This document shows, piece by piece, positions 13,360 through 26,429 of a stretch of DNA of 64,000 nt. The stretch spans positions 181,141 to 245,140 of the forward strand of contig CAVSSI010000009.1 of assembly GCA_963730655.1 (NCBI GenBank). Reading direction: 5' to 3'. The stretch comes from an uncultured Bacteroidota bacterium. GTDB taxonomy: Bacteria > Bacteroidota > Bacteroidia > Chitinophagales > Chitinophagaceae. The notes below the pieces were generated by a model that was given only the letters and a program-made list of their open reading frames with translations, was not told the DNA's origin and searched no databases. The position numbers were made by a program, and so were the translations under genes. The first letter of the stretch is position 1, and each line of letters starts with the position of its first letter.

Positions 13360-14719
13360 TTAATTTTTATTTCCTGAAACCTTGGTTTCCGGTAATTTCT
13401 GGTTAACCGGCATGGCAGTATATAAAGAAGGATTTACTTTACTGGTATCACCCTGATAAACCCAGGTAAAATCCTTTACATATTTATTGAATGATTTATT
13501 TACTTCTTCACTAGTTACTTTTTTCATGTCTTCATTAATGCGCAGGGACCGGCGCCAGTCATTAAATAATATTTCGTTTGAAGCCAGGGAAGCCGCCTGG
13601 GCGGCATTGGTTTCCATCGTTGGAATAAAAAGAAGTTACAAAACCGGTTTTGGCGTTCTTGACATCTTCAGCAGAAAATCCCTCAGTATGTGTTTTATCC
13701 AGTAACTTATTATTGACTTCAATGAATTTATCCGGATTTTTCGTTGAAACCGAAATCTGGGTATATGGGGACAGTCCGCTTACAATACCGGGCACCGGTG
13801 CATAGGACAATCCATTATTGGTTCGGATTTCAAGGAATTTTTCATAATAAATACGCATGGCGATGGCAAATGCATTATAATCTTCAGATCCCGGCATCGG
13901 CCCACTGGTAATTCCCAGAATATAATTCGTTGCCACGGCTTTATTCTGATCAGCAAATGTATTTTTGGCCGGAGACATAACTATACCGGTTCAATTTGAC
14001 CGGTTTACCTTCCGGTATATTTTCAGTCAGTTTTTTTACCATTTTTTCAATGTTCGTCTTTCTCCAGTTCAGCAACCACAACGATCAGCAATCGGGAGCG
14101 GGTAAGAATAGAAGTATAATAGTTCTTTGTTTCGGTGGCACTCATTTTCTACAGGTTTCTTCTTCCCCATTGGGATTTTGAATAATCCTTTCCTTTAAAT
14201 GCCGTTTCCATTGCCATTTGAGCAATTGCAAAATCCGGACGGGAAGCCTGGTCATTTACTGAACTGATATCATCCTGTTTCATCCGGTCGAATTCAATAC
14301 TGTCAAAAAGCGGAACCGTAATGGCATCCACATACAGCGGCCAGACCTGATCCAGATCAGCTCTTGATACAGTTCAGGCTGATGGTGGAAAAATCCATTC
14401 CGGCATCCTCGCCGATATCTGCACTTACTTTATCCAGTTTGTCTTTAAAACTGTTTTTGCTGTCATTTTTTGTGCCGCATTCCAGGAAGGCCGTCATGGC
14501 AAGGTCTTCGATTCCGGCTTTATCGGCCGGATAATTCTGAACACCACCTTTTAATACCGTTAACACCTCCACGATTTCATTACCGCTGGGCTGAACAATT
14601 ACCTTGACGCCATTGACGGTCATTTCGTAGGCAGGTTTGTCTGTGGGCAAACCCGGTAAACAGACGGCGGTCAGTAATATCAGGCCTGAGATTTTTTTTA
14701 TAAATGATTGCATAAGCAT
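13360..14719 (-). CDS. M16 (pitrilysin-family) peptidase, probably non-catalytic subunit (frameshifted)
   Basis: Signal peptide; M16-like segments (KAGIEDLAMTAFLECGT, EIRTNNGLSYAP) lacking HxxEH; adjacent to the catalytic partner. Confidence 0.75.
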
Positions 14720-14730
14720 GATTATAATTT

Positions 14731-16102
14731 TTAGTAGAAACTAGGTTTAAAATTTTCAGATGCATTTAATTTTTTATTCATTTCCGGATTGATGACCATT
14801 CCGGCGATATAGGGTTTACCTGTTATGTATTTATTGACAAATCTTTTTATATCCTCCCGGGTTATTTTCTGACAATTCTTTTCATAATCGGTCATATAAT
14901 CCAGACTGGCACTGGTCCAGTAATAGGTTACGATACCCGTTTGATGCAGAAGGTTTTTCTTTTTGCCGGATGGCATCGCGACGTAAAATTTCCTTGGCAT
15001 CTTTCAGTTGTTCATCTGTAAAATAATCTTCATTTCCCCATTGTTTAACCTGGTTTAAGAGCTCATCATTGCAGGCTTTTATTTTCGTCGGATTTGGCAT
15101 CACATATATATTATACCGGTCCAACATATTTTTCAGTCTGATACTGGACAGCGGCCTGCGCTGCCAGTCCTTTGTCCACCAGGGCCTGATGCCATTTGGA
15201 AGAATTCATACCGAGAATGGTAAAGAATACATTCGCTGCAATGGTTCCGGCGGAATCATTCCGGGTATCCGGACCCTGCCAGAAGAAAAATTCGATAGGC
15301 GTTTGCGCAAGGGTGGATTCCATAACAAAATATTGTGTTGCATCCAGGGGTTTAAATTCCGGAATCGGATATTTTACAATCGGATCAAAACCACTGCTCT
15401 CCCAGCTTCCGAATATGGCTTTGGCTTTGGCAAAAGCATCTTCGTGTTTTACATCACCGCAAATCACCAGGATGGAATTATTGGGAAATAATATTTGTTT
15501 TTGATGACCATCATTTTTTCCGGAGTGGCCGTATTGATGATTTCGTGAATGCCAATCGGATTTTTCCGGGTATACAGGTCTCCCCAGAGTTTTTTCTGGC
15601 GGCAAAATAGAGAAGATAGGTCGGATTGCTTTCTGCCCGCTGAAATTCTCCGTCCACTACAGGTCTTTCCTTTTGCATGTCTTCCGTTCTGTAAATGGGA
15701 AAACGGATAGCAGCATTCATGAATTCCAGTCCGGCATTCAGACTGTCTTTGGCAAATGTGAAAAAATAATTTACGCGTTCATCACCCGTGGTACCGTTCC
15801 AGACAGCACCCAGTTCCTGGGTGCGTTTCAGGAATTTTTCCTGGTCGGGATAATCCTTGTTTGCCTTAAAGAACATGTGTTCAAAAAGATGGGAAAGTCC
15901 ATTGTAATTGGAGTCTTCTGTAAATGCCCCGTTTTTTACGGCAATTTCAATCGTGGCCAGCGGAACTTTATCGTTTTCGATAACCACTACTTCCAGTCCG
16001 TTGGGAAGTTTTTCCCAATAATAATGTTCGGGAAGCCTGGGCTGGGCAAAACCGGCAATTGATAAAAATCCCAATGACAGGACGCAGATAAGTTCTTTTC
16101 AT
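14731..16102 (-). CDS. M16 zinc peptidase, catalytic subunit (frameshifted)
   Basis: LPNGLEVVV, GLSHLFEHMFFK (HxxEH), WNGTT, ERPVVDGE; signal peptide. Confidence 0.88.
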
Positions 16103-16143
16103 TAATCGAAATTTAAGTTTACCTAATGTCATGAAATTAATAC

Positions 16144-16954
16144 TTAAAGATCCGTTTTCCGGAACCTCCAGCTGATAAAAAATATAAAAATGAAAATATA
16201 AAGAATGGCAATGGTTAAGTACAAAGGGACATGTTTTTCCCAATAACCACTGTTATCTGTTAATATTTTCCGGGCAAAGGGCTGTGGAATCAGCCGGTCC
16301 GATACTTCTTCCGGTAAATAATCCACCCAGTTAACCTTATATTTATTTCTGCCGATACCCACGACGAACTGCTCGACAATCATATATAGAAAAAAAATAC
16401 CCATGGCCAGTCCGGCACGCCGGATCAGCATGGCAATCAGTACAGCGATCAGGGAGTAATCGAGCATTTCCACAAAAAAGTACAGGATGAAACGGAGCTG
16501 TTCCCAACTGGTTTCCGGGCTGATCTCCCTTCCGGGTAAGAAAACCAAAATACAGACAGGTCAGTATAACAATGCCGGTTACAAACAGGGTAGAGTATAA
16601 AAACTTCAATGAGTTTGATATGATAAACCGGGAGCGGCTCCAGCCGTCAATGATATTCTGCCGGTGGGTGCGGAAACTATATTCATTGGTAAACAGGGTG
16701 ATGATCAGGATAGCCGGCATAAACATCAGGATTCCTGCCAGGTAAGGAACCGTTCTCCATACATAAGGAAAAGAGAATGGATTACCCAGCAGGCTCTTTC
16801 CATTTATTTTTGGAAAACTATTATCCGTAATATCATAGACCACATAATTGAAAGCCGGAATACATACCACGATAATAGCCAGTAATATCCAGAATGTTCT
16901 GTAGTATTTCAGCTTCAGCCATTCTACCCGCAGTGTATGCCAAAAATCACCCAT
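16144..16954 (-). CDS. ABC-2 type transporter permease (frameshifted)
   Basis: EWLKL, TNEYSFRTHRQNIIDGWSR, multiple TM segments. Confidence 0.8.
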
Positions 16955-16955
16955 G

Positions 16956-17858
16956 TCAGTTGCTTACATTATTAGTCAGTTCGATAAATGCTGATTCCAG
17001 GCTTTTTTTTCTGACTTGTAAATAGTTTAATATGACTCCGTTATTAAAACAAAAACGATTCAGCTCCGCGGCATCCGGGAGTAACTGATCAAAATATACC
17101 TGAAAATGATTTTCGGATTTTACTGTTTTTTTCAGGCCCGGTAATCTGTTCAGAACTTCTTTTAATTTTTCCATATCTGCGGCACCCACTTCAAACCATT
17201 CTTCCTGGCTCAGTACCGATTTCACTTCACCGGATTGGATCAGGGTTCCCTGCTGCAAAATGGCAACATGGGTGCATACTTTTTCAACTTCAGCCAGCAG
17301 GTGACTGGCCAGAATAATCGTTTTCCCTTCCTTCGCCAGATCAATGATGAGTTGCCGGATTTCAGCAATTCCCGAAGGATCCAGGCCGTTGGTTGGTTCA
17401 TCAAATACAAGAACGGATGGATCGCCCAGCAGACAGGAGGCAATGGCCAGCCGCTGTTTCATTCCCAGCGAAAAGGTTTGAAATTTTGAATCTTTTCTTT
17501 CATAGAGCCTCACCATTTTCAGTATCCGGTCAATATCTTCCCCGGATTTATGCTTTATCAAAGCTGCAATTTCCAGGTTTCGCCTGGCGGAGAGATAGTG
17601 ATAAAAATTAGGTGTTTCCAGCAGTGTGCCGATATCCCTTCTCTGTAATTCCGTAGGCGGTTTCCCAAACCAGTTATAGCTTCCCGCATTGGACCGTAAA
17701 ACATTCATGACCACGCCCAGCAGGGTGGTTTTACCGCTGCCGTTTGGCCCGAGAATACCAAAAACAGATCCCTCCGGAACCTCAAATGAAACCTGTTTTA
17801 ATGCATGGATGCGGCCGTACGATTTACTGATATTATGTAAGGAAAGAATCGGGGCCAT
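16956..17858 (-). CDS. ABC transporter ATP-binding protein
   Basis: GPNGSGKTT, FSLGMKQRL, VFDEPTNGLD, ASHLL; probable ATG 17858. Confidence 0.93.
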   Translation of the reverse strand: MAPILSLHNISKSYGRIHALKQVSFEVPEGSVFGILGPNGSGKTTLLGVVMNVLRSNAGSYNWFGKPPTELQRRDIGTLLETPNFYHYLSARRNLEIAALIKHKSGEDIDRILKMVRLYERKDSKFQTFSLGMKQRLAIASCLLGDPSVLVFDEPTNGLDPSGIAEIRQLIIDLAKEGKTIILASHLLAEVEKVCTHVAILQQGTLIQSGEVKSVLSQEEWFEVGAADMEKLKEVLNRLPGLKKTVKSENHFQVYFDQLLPDAAELNRFCFNNGVILNYLQVRKKSLESAFIELTNNVSN

Positions 17859-17901
17859 AAATGGAAGGCTAATGTAGTAAATAAATTCAAGGGGGAACAA
17901 A

Positions 17902-18561
17902 CTAGGGGACAGGTTCCGCTTTACCGTGATAGATGCTGGAAAAATCTCCAAGAACGGCAAATCCCTTCGAATTCCAGTTTAATTTATGCAGGCGGAGCTG
18001 GTCTATATCTGTCTGTAAAACTTTCCGGGTAAAGGGATTGAGGGTTCCGCCGGCTTTCAGTGGTTCTGCCAGGGGATCGTACTGAAATACCGGATCACAG
18101 ACCGTTCCGCGGGGATACATAATTCCCGGCTGACCCGAACCGCGGATATCCAGGATTTCGGGATGAACCAGGCCGATCGTATGACCATATTCGTGCGCTG
18201 CCGTGGTGGAATTATGCAGGAGATTATCCAGTTTGAAATATCCGGTATTGCATTTGATTCCATCCACAAAAGATACATGGACCGGTGAAAATTCTTCTAT
18301 CCGGAAATAATTATTCCGGGGATTGGTATTAAACCATACGATTTCGGGAGCTAATTCCTTTTCATAAAATCCCCGGATTTTGAATTCAACGAGATGGGGG
18401 ATTTTTTTAATGTGTACGATACCCGATGGTTGATTCCAGTGAAGGGCAATGTCACCGGCAATGATCTCGGCGAGTTCGGAATTTGCCGCATCCCCGTAAA
18501 AATAAAAATCCGAATGAATTCGGATTTTTGATTCGGTTTTTAACCATTCTGCTTCTCCCAT
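17902..18561 (-). CDS. Metzincin-type zinc metalloprotease (M10-like)
   Basis: HEYGHTIGLVH plus Met-turn GIMYP; no signal peptide evident. Confidence 0.8.
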   Translation of the reverse strand: MGEAEWLKTESKIRIHSDFYFYGDAANSELAEIIAGDIALHWNQPSGIVHIKKIPHLVEFKIRGFYEKELAPEIVWFNTNPRNNYFRIEEFSPVHVSFVDGIKCNTGYFKLDNLLHNSTTAAHEYGHTIGLVHPEILDIRGSGQPGIMYPRGTVCDPVFQYDPLAEPLKAGGTLNPFTRKVLQTDIDQLRLHKLNWNSKGFAVLGDFSSIYHGKAEPVP

Positions 18562-18593
18562 TATAAATTTATTTCAGAGACTCTGATCGTATT

Positions 18594-19728
18594 TTACGGA
18601 AGCAGTTCCTGCCAGCTTTTTGTCCAGTTCTTCGCCGCGTTAAACCCTTGGCAACAATAATTCCGTTATTATCGAGCAGGTAATTCATGGGAATACCCTG
18701 CACACCATAAAGAGAAACAACATCGGCTTTCCAGCCTTTCAGATCGGAAACCTGCGTCCAGTCCAGTCCGTCTTTTTTTATCGCTGCCATCCATTTTGAT
18801 TTATCCGTATCCAGGGAAATGCCAAAAATATCAAAGCCCTTGTCATGAAACCGGTGGTATGCTTTTACGACAGCCGGATTTTCCAGCCTGCAGGGACCGC
18901 ACCAGCTGGCCCAGAAATCAAGCAGAACATATTTCCCTTTTAAAGAAGTGAAGGAGACTGGTTTGCCGTTCACGTCATTATTAACGAAGACGGGTGCCGG
19001 ATTTCCGATGGCGGTTAATTTTTCTTTAACAATGATATTTTGGATCATCTTTCCATAATAAGAAGCCCGTGCATCGCGTATCCAGCAATTTGTATACACT
19101 GTCCAGCTGGTTCACGTGGCGGATTGTAGTAAAAATTCGAATAAATTTCATAAGCAGAAACAATAGAGCCGGGATGCGATTTTGCAAATTCCAGCGACGA
19201 GTTGTTTTTGATCCACATCCAGAATTTTATACAGTTTATCCAGACTGTCCATGGCCTTTGTGTTCTTTGCAATGCCGGCGGAATCATACGCTTTGTCAAG
19301 CATGTTCATTCTGTCATGATAATTTTTTGCTGAACTGATCCTGAAAATAATTGAATTCATCCTGGGTTTTAGTACCGGTAATCTGGGCATAATCGCAGGG
19401 AATCTTTTTTTATCAGCATGGAAATTTTTCCGTTTTCCAGGAAAAAACTTTTGTACTGATCATTCAGAGCTGATGCACGCAGTATTCCGCGGTATCTGCT
19501 TTTCCGCTGAATTTAAAAAATCCATGATCCAGCGACGCTGAATCTCGCTTTCCCGGTCTGACGGTTGACTGATATAAATGATACCGGTATCCAGACCGGT
19601 CACTTTCCCGATAATGGCATAGGATGTATCTCTTTTTACCGGTATGGCGTGTTACTCGTATCACCCCCCTGACATCCTGCTAAAAATAAAAACATTACAA
19701 CGGTTGCTGCTGCAAAAATTCTGTTCAT
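18594..19728 (-). CDS. TlpA/AhpC-TSA thiol-disulfide oxidoreductase lipoprotein (frameshifted)
   Basis: Lipobox FLAGC; LDFWASWCGPCRLENP, GISLD, QVSDLKGW. Confidence 0.88.
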
Positions 19729-19735
19729 GATTCGT

Positions 19736-22145
19736 TTAATTTCTTACGGGTTTACCGGATTTTATAACACTTTGTAATCTTTCCAGGGTTTTCTTTTCTC
19801 CGCAAAGAGAAAGAAATGCCTGTCTTTCCAGGTCCAGCAGGTATTGTTCAGATACCTGTGTGGGTTCACTCAGGTCGCCGCCGCACATCACATAAGCCAG
19901 TTTCCTGGCAACCAGCACATCGTGATCCGTGGCATAGTTGCCCCTCCACATGCCATGAATGCCGGCATACAGAGCGCCCAGCGCCGAACGACCCAGTACT
20001 TTGATATCTGTGCGCTGAACGGGTGCTGTATATCCATCCTGGAATAATTCCAGTACCGCATTTTTTGCATCTGCAATGCGGCGGTCAGGATTAATGGAAA
20101 TAAAATCCCTGCCCTTTTTCAAAATGCCCAGATCAAAGGCTTCTTGGGCCGAAGTGGAAACCTTGGCGGTGGCAATGGTAAAAAACCGGTTTTTCAGTGT
20201 GATGGTTTCCGGTTCATCCGCATGCAGTTCATCTGATGCCCGCAGGGTAAATTCTTTTGTTCCACCTCCGCCGGGAATCAGCCCAACGCCCAGTTCCACC
20301 AGTCCGATATAGGATTCTGCAGCCGGCACTACTTTGTCTGCATGCAGACTCAGTTCGCAGGCGCCGCCCAGGGTAAGGCCCTGCGGAGCTACCACCACCG
20401 GTATCGCGGAATAGCGTGCGCGCATCATGGTATTCTGAAATAGACGGATAGCCATATCCAGTTCTTCATATTCCTGGTCAACGGCCAGCATAAAGATCAT
20501 GCCGACATTGGCACCGGCTGAAAAATTTGCGGCTTCATTGGCAATCACGAGGCCCTTATATTTTTCTTCGGCAATGCCAATTGATTTTTGAATTCCTTCC
20601 AGCACTTCACCGCCAATGGTTCCCAGTTTGGTATACCATTCCAGGCCCAGCACTTCATCGCCGATATGATATAACCGCGCCGCTGAATTTTTCCAGATGG
20701 TCTGATTTTCAAAATTCCGCATCACAATAAATGCACGCGGATCGCCGGTTATGGCGGAAACATATTGTTTCTTTACCGGGAGAATAGGCAAGTTTTTCTC
20801 CCTTTTCGATTTTATAAAAAGTTTTAATTCCGCCGGCCATCATTTCTTTAACCCAGGCCGCCACTGCATATCCGGCGGCTTCCATTTTTTTTATCGTTTC
20901 TTCCACACCAAACAGATCCCAGGTTTCAAAAGCACCGATCTCCCAGCCGAATCCGGCGCGCATGGCATCATCAACCCGGTAAATTTCATCGCTGATTTCC
21001 GGAATGCGGTGGGAAACATAGGAAAATAGTTCATAATGAAACTGCCGGTAAAATTCGCCTGATAGATCTTTGCCCTGTATCAATATTTTCAATCTTTCTT
21101 TCAGGTCATCCACTGGTTTGGCGGCTTCGAGTCCGGGAAATGAGGTCCTGGCTCTCGGTTTATATTCAAATGTTTTGAGGTCGAGTGTAAATATTTCCCT
21201 TTCCCCCGCAGCGGTTTTCTTTTTGGAGAAAAATCCCTGACCGGTTTTGTCACCCAGCCAGTTATTTGCAATCATTTTATCAAGCCAGGCAGGAATATTA
21301 AATGTATCCCGGGCCTCATCGGAAGGGCAATTTTCATATACACCCCTGGCCACTTTTACCAGGGTATCAAGACCAACCACATCGGCCGTGCGGAAGGTGG
21401 CAGATTTTGGCCGGCCGATAATCGGTCCCGTAAGCGCTTCAATCTGATCAATCGTTAAACCCAGTTTGTCCATCAGCTTAAATATGGCCATGATGCTGAA
21501 AACACCCACGCGGTTGGCAATAAATGCCGGACTGTCTTTGCAGAGCACGGTGGTTTTACCAAGATGCAGGTCACCATATTCCAGAAGAAACTGAATTACT
21601 TCCGGATCGGTATCCGGAGTAGGAATAATTTCGAGCAGTCGCAGGTAGCGGGGCGGGTTAAAAAAATGTGTTCCGCAAAAATGTTTTTTGAAATCTTCCG
21701 ATCTGCCTTCATTCATCAGATGAATCGGAATGCCGGAAGTATTGGAACTGATAAGGGTTCCCGGTTTACGATATTTTTCCACCTCATCAAAAATCGCTTT
21801 TTTGATATCCAGTCTTTCCACCACCACTTCAATGATCCAGTCGCAGCCCGCAATATCTTTCATCTTATCAGTGAAATTACCGGTCTGGATTTGTTTAACT
21901 ACTTCCGGACTATACACCGGTGAGGGATTTGATTTAACGGCTGCTGCCAGTGCTTCATTTACAATCCGGTTTTTAACCGCCGGATGATCCAGGGAAAGTT
22001 TTTTTGCTTTTTCAGTGTCATTTAATTCAGTCGGCACCCTGTCCAGCAATAAAACCTGCGTTCCGGTTCCTGCGAAATGACAGGCAATTCTGGATCCCAT
22101 AACACCACTGCCAAGCACGGCCACTTTACGAATGATTCTTTTCAT
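19736..22145 (-). CDS. 3-hydroxyacyl-CoA dehydrogenase/enoyl-CoA hydratase (FadN-like; one indel)
   Basis: VLGSGVMG, SNTSGIPI, GTHFFNPPRY, NFSAGAN, LGGACE, GLVELGVGLIPGGGG. Confidence 0.92.
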
Positions 22146-22195
22146 AGCTGAAACGTTGAATATTACTTTTACTAAGATAATCTTCGGCAGATAAT

Positions 22196-24268
22196 TTACC
22201 GGACTTCAGCTCCCGGGGAGATTTTTTCGTCGGGAGCAACAAAAATTAATCTTCCTTTTTCATCTTCTGCCATCAGGATCATGCCATTACTTTCGATACC
22301 CCTCATTTTACGGGGAGCCAGGTTGGCAACCACCACCACCTGTTTGCCGATAATTTCTTCCGGTTTAAAATGCAGGGCGATGCCGGAAACGATGGTTCTT
22401 TTTTCAAAGCCCATATCTACTTCCAGTTTCAGCAGTTTATCGGCTTTGGCCACTTTTTCTGCTGTCAGAATATGGCCGGTACGCAATTCGAGTTTTTCAA
22501 AATCCCCATACTGGATTTCCGGTTTTTTTTCCGGCTGCACCGGCAGGATTTTCCATAGCTGTATTTGGTTTTACCGCATTCTGATGCAGTTTTTCCATTT
22601 GCTTTGTAATTTCTTCATCTTCGATTTTTCGGAATAATAATTCAGGCGCACGAAGACTGTATCCGGTTTTTAACAAATCAATTTTCCCGGCATTTTCCCA
22701 GTCCAGCATTCTCTCCACCACTTTCATCATATGTAATAATTTTTTTGCAGTGGCTGGAAGAAACGGATTGATCAGGATGGAAAGATTGGCCGTGAGCTGC
22801 AGGCAGAGGTATAAACAGTTGTCAATTTTTTCCTGATCCTCCGGAGTCGTCGTTTCCTTACCGGCTTTTTTCCAGGGTTCTTTGTCCTGCAGGTATTTAT
22901 TTCCTTTTCTGGCCAGGTCAATAATGGTAAACAGGGCATCCCGGAATTTATAGGTTTCAATCAGGGTTTCAACCGAAATTTTTGTTTGTTCTATCTGGCG
23001 GATCAGTTCGCATCTGCATCATCTTTAATTTTTTCATGCCAGACAGGAACTTTTCCTTTGCAGAGTTTGTGCATCAGTACAAAAGTGCGGTTAACAAAAT
23101 TTCCAAAGATGGAAACCAGTTCACTGATTATTCCTGTCCTGGAAATCTTTCCAGGTAAAATCATTGTCCTTGGTTTCCGGTGCATTGGCGCATAACACAT
23201 AGCGCAGCACATCTTCACAACCCGGGAAAATCTTCCAGGTATTCATGTACCCATACTGCCCAGTTGCGGCTGGTGGATACTTTTTCTCCTTCAATATTTA
23301 AAAATTCATTGGCAGGAACATTATCGGGCAGTACAAATTTGCCATGTGCTTTCAGCATGGCCGGGAAAATAATACAATGAAAAACGATATTATCCTTGCC
23401 TATAAAATGTACCAGTTTGGTATCTTCTGCTACCAGTAATCTGCCCATTTCGGTGTCAGTTCCTTTGTAGCCGAAATATAACCGATGGGCGCATCAAACC
23501 ATACATACAATACTTTTCCTTCTGCATCGGGCAGGGGTACTTTAATACCCCAGTTGCTGTCGCGCGTCATGGCCCGGGATTGCAGACCATTGTCGAGCCA
23601 GCTTTTGCATTGACCATATACATTATTCTTCCATTCTTTATGGCCTTCAGGATCCATTCTTTTAGAAAGATTTCATAATGCTGCAAAGGAAAATACCAGT
23701 GTTTGGTTTTTCTTTTTACCGGGACGGCATCACTGAGTGTGCTTCGGGGATTGATCAGCTGTTCGGGACTTAATGAAGAGCCGCATCTTTCACACTGGTC
23801 GCCAAAGGCATTCGGATTGCCGCAAATCGGGCAGGTGCCGGTGATATACCGGTCGGCCAGAAAAGTTTTGGCTGCTTCATCATAATATTGTTCGGTTTCT
23901 TTTTCTTCAAAAATATTCTCATCATATAATTTTTTAAAGAAATCAGAAGCTGTTTCATGATGAACCGGATTGGAAGTGCGCGAATAGATGTCGAAGGAAA
24001 TACACATCTGCTCAAAACTTTTTTTGATCAGGGCATGATATTTATCCACTACCTGCTGCGGTGTAATTCCTTCTTTCATGGCCCGGATGGTAATGGGCAC
24101 GCCATGTTCATCACTTCCGCCGATAAAAAGGATATCTCTTTTGCGTGCCCGCTGATAACGTACATAAATATCGGCGGGAATATAACAGCCCGCCAGATGA
24201 CCGATATGAACAGGGCCATTGGCATAGGGAAGGGCGGCAGTAACCAGGATGCGGTTGTATTCTTTCAT
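22196..24268 (-). CDS. metG: Methionine--tRNA ligase (frameshifted)
   Basis: [18 protein letters not shown], two CxxC knuckles, [25 protein letters not shown]-terminal tRNA-binding domain. Confidence 0.96.
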
Positions 24269-24302
24269 AGTTTAACAGCAGCGTCTCACGCTGCAGGGAC
24301 TG

Positions 24303-24310
24303 CAAAAATA
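24303..24310 (-). promoter_or_regulatory. Bacteroidota sigmaA -7 box for metG
   Basis: TATTTTTG on minus strand, 34 nt upstream of the ATG; leader hairpin at 24278-24294 (plus strand GCAGCGT-ctc-ACGCTGC). Confidence 0.65.
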
Positions 24311-24319
24311 CGCATTCAG

Positions 24320-24388
24320 GCTTAAAGCTTAAAGCCTAAAGCCTAAAGCTCTGCTGTCAACTGTTCGCATGTCAGTCATCTGTCATCT
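24320..24388. repeat. 7-bp arrays (GCYTAAA x4, then CTGTCAW-type) in the divergent metG/ldcA promoter region
   Basis: GCTTAAA GCTTAAA GCCTAAA GCCTAAA GCT ... CTGTCAA CTGTTCG..GTCATCT GTCATCT. Confidence 0.8.
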
Positions 24389-24438
24389 TTTTAAGTAAAC
24401 AATCCCTCCAACAAATCCTCTCCATCCATTAACTTTAA

Positions 24439-25482
24439 ATGATGAAGCGAAAGCGTTTTTTAGGATCCCTACTGGGCAGTCCGCTACTGGCAGCGGCAGC
24501 ATTTCCGGCTGATACCGGCGCAGGAATCCCGTATTCCGGATGCAGACAACTGGCGGATTCCACCTTATCTGAAACCGGGAGACACGATTGGCATTACCTG
24601 CCCGGCAGGATATATGACCGAGACCGAAGTCCAACCTGCCATTACCATGTTAAAAAGCTGGGGATTTAATCTTCGTATAGGCAAGACCGTGGGAGATCGG
24701 GATTTTAGTTTTGGCGGAACGGACAGCGGAAAGGACTGCAGACATGCAGCAAATGCTCGACGATCCCTCTATTCAGGCCATCATGTGTGCACGGGGAGGT
24801 TATGGGATGATCCGGATCATTGATCAGCTGGATTTCCGGAAATTTGTTGAAAAGCCAAAATGGATTGTCGGATTCAGTGATATAACGATTTTTCATGCAC
24901 ACCTGAACCATCAGTACCGGATAGCTTCCATTCATTCCAAAATGTGCAATAGTTTTCCGGATCATCCTGAGCATTTGGAAAAGGGACAATGGGAAAGTAT
25001 ACTATCCATACAAACGGCATTAACCGGTAAACCCATAGAATATCCGGTAATCTATGATGCGGCCAACCGGCCGGGCATGGGTCAGGGTATTCTGGCAGGC
25101 GGCAATTTAAGAACGATTGAAAACCTTGCCGGTACTGCATCAGATCTGAGAACCGAGGGAATGATTCTTTTTCTGGAAGATGTGGGTGAATACCTGTATA
25201 GTATCGACCGGATGTTTTATAATCTGAAACGAACGGGTAAACTGGATAAACTCAGCGGACTTGTTAATCGGCGCATTCCGGGTGAAACCGGATGATCCGG
25301 GAGATGAATTTGGAAAAAGTGTTTATAATATTGTAATGGAACAGGTGGCTGACTATAATTATCCGGTATGTTTTAATTTTCCGGTTGGTCACCAGAAAAT
25401 AAATTATGCATTAAAATGTGGTGTCCGTCATGAATTAAATATCAGCACGGAGAAAGTCGTTTTCAGAGAGGTAGTAATATAA
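24439..25482 (+). CDS. S66 LD-carboxypeptidase with Tat-like signal (frameshifted)
   Basis: MMKRKRFLGSLLG N-terminus; ARGGYG, GFSDIT, GGNL, LEDVGE, PVGH. Confidence 0.88.
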
Positions 25483-25507
25483 GATTGACTATTAAACAGG
25501 ATTCATC

Positions 25508-26423
25508 ATGGCGAATGTATTTCCTCCGTACCTGAAAGCCGGAGACACGATCGGGATCGTATGTCCGGCAGGATTTATGGCGGCGGAGCGTATTGTTCCC
25601 TGCGTCAACACCCTTAAATCCTGGGGCTTCCGGGTAAAAATCGGCAAAACAGTGGGTGGGGTCTCTTCCAATTATTTTTCGGGTACGGATGAAGAACGAC
25701 TGGAAGATCTGCAGGAAATGCTCGATGATGAAGATCTCGCTGCCATTTTATTTGGTCGCGGCGGTTATGGACTAAGCCGTATCATTGACCAGATCAGTTT
25801 TAAGAAATTTCGAAAATCACCCAAATGGATCCTGGGTTATAGCGATATCTGTTTACTGCATGCACATATCTATTCCAATTTTGAAATTGCCACGGCACAC
25901 AGCCCGATGGCCGGTGCATTTATGGATGCCGGGCCGGATGATCCGTATATACGGATCCATTCGCAAGTCTGTTATTGGGAGAAAAATTAAATTATTCCTG
26001 CGATCCGCATCCATTCAACCGGAAAGGAGAAGTGGAAGGAATACTGATGGGCGGTAATCTCACGCTGCTGGCACATACCGTGGGCGGCAGTTCAGATTTT
26101 AAAACAAAAGGACTGATATTGTTTATTGAAGATATTGGGAGTATTTATACAATATTGACCGGATGTTGTATCAGTTGAAATCTGCCGGAAAATTTCAAAA
26201 ACCTGCAGCCATTATTGTTGGAAGTTTTTCAGAACTGAAAGATACCGAAAGACCGTTTGGACAGAATGCATATGAAATTATCCGCGATATACTTTCAGCA
26301 TATGAATATCCCGTCTGTTACGGATTTCCGGTCGGCCATGTAAAAGAAAATTTTGCCCTGAAATGCGGGGCGGAATACCGGCTGAAAATCGGGAAGGAAA
26401 AAGTAGTGCTGGAAGAAATCTAG
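25508..26423 (+). CDS. S66 LD-carboxypeptidase, no signal peptide (frameshifted)
   Basis: PPYLKAGDTIG, GRGGYG, GYSDI, GGNL, IEDIG, PVGH. Confidence 0.9.
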
Positions 26424-26429
26424 TCTTAA

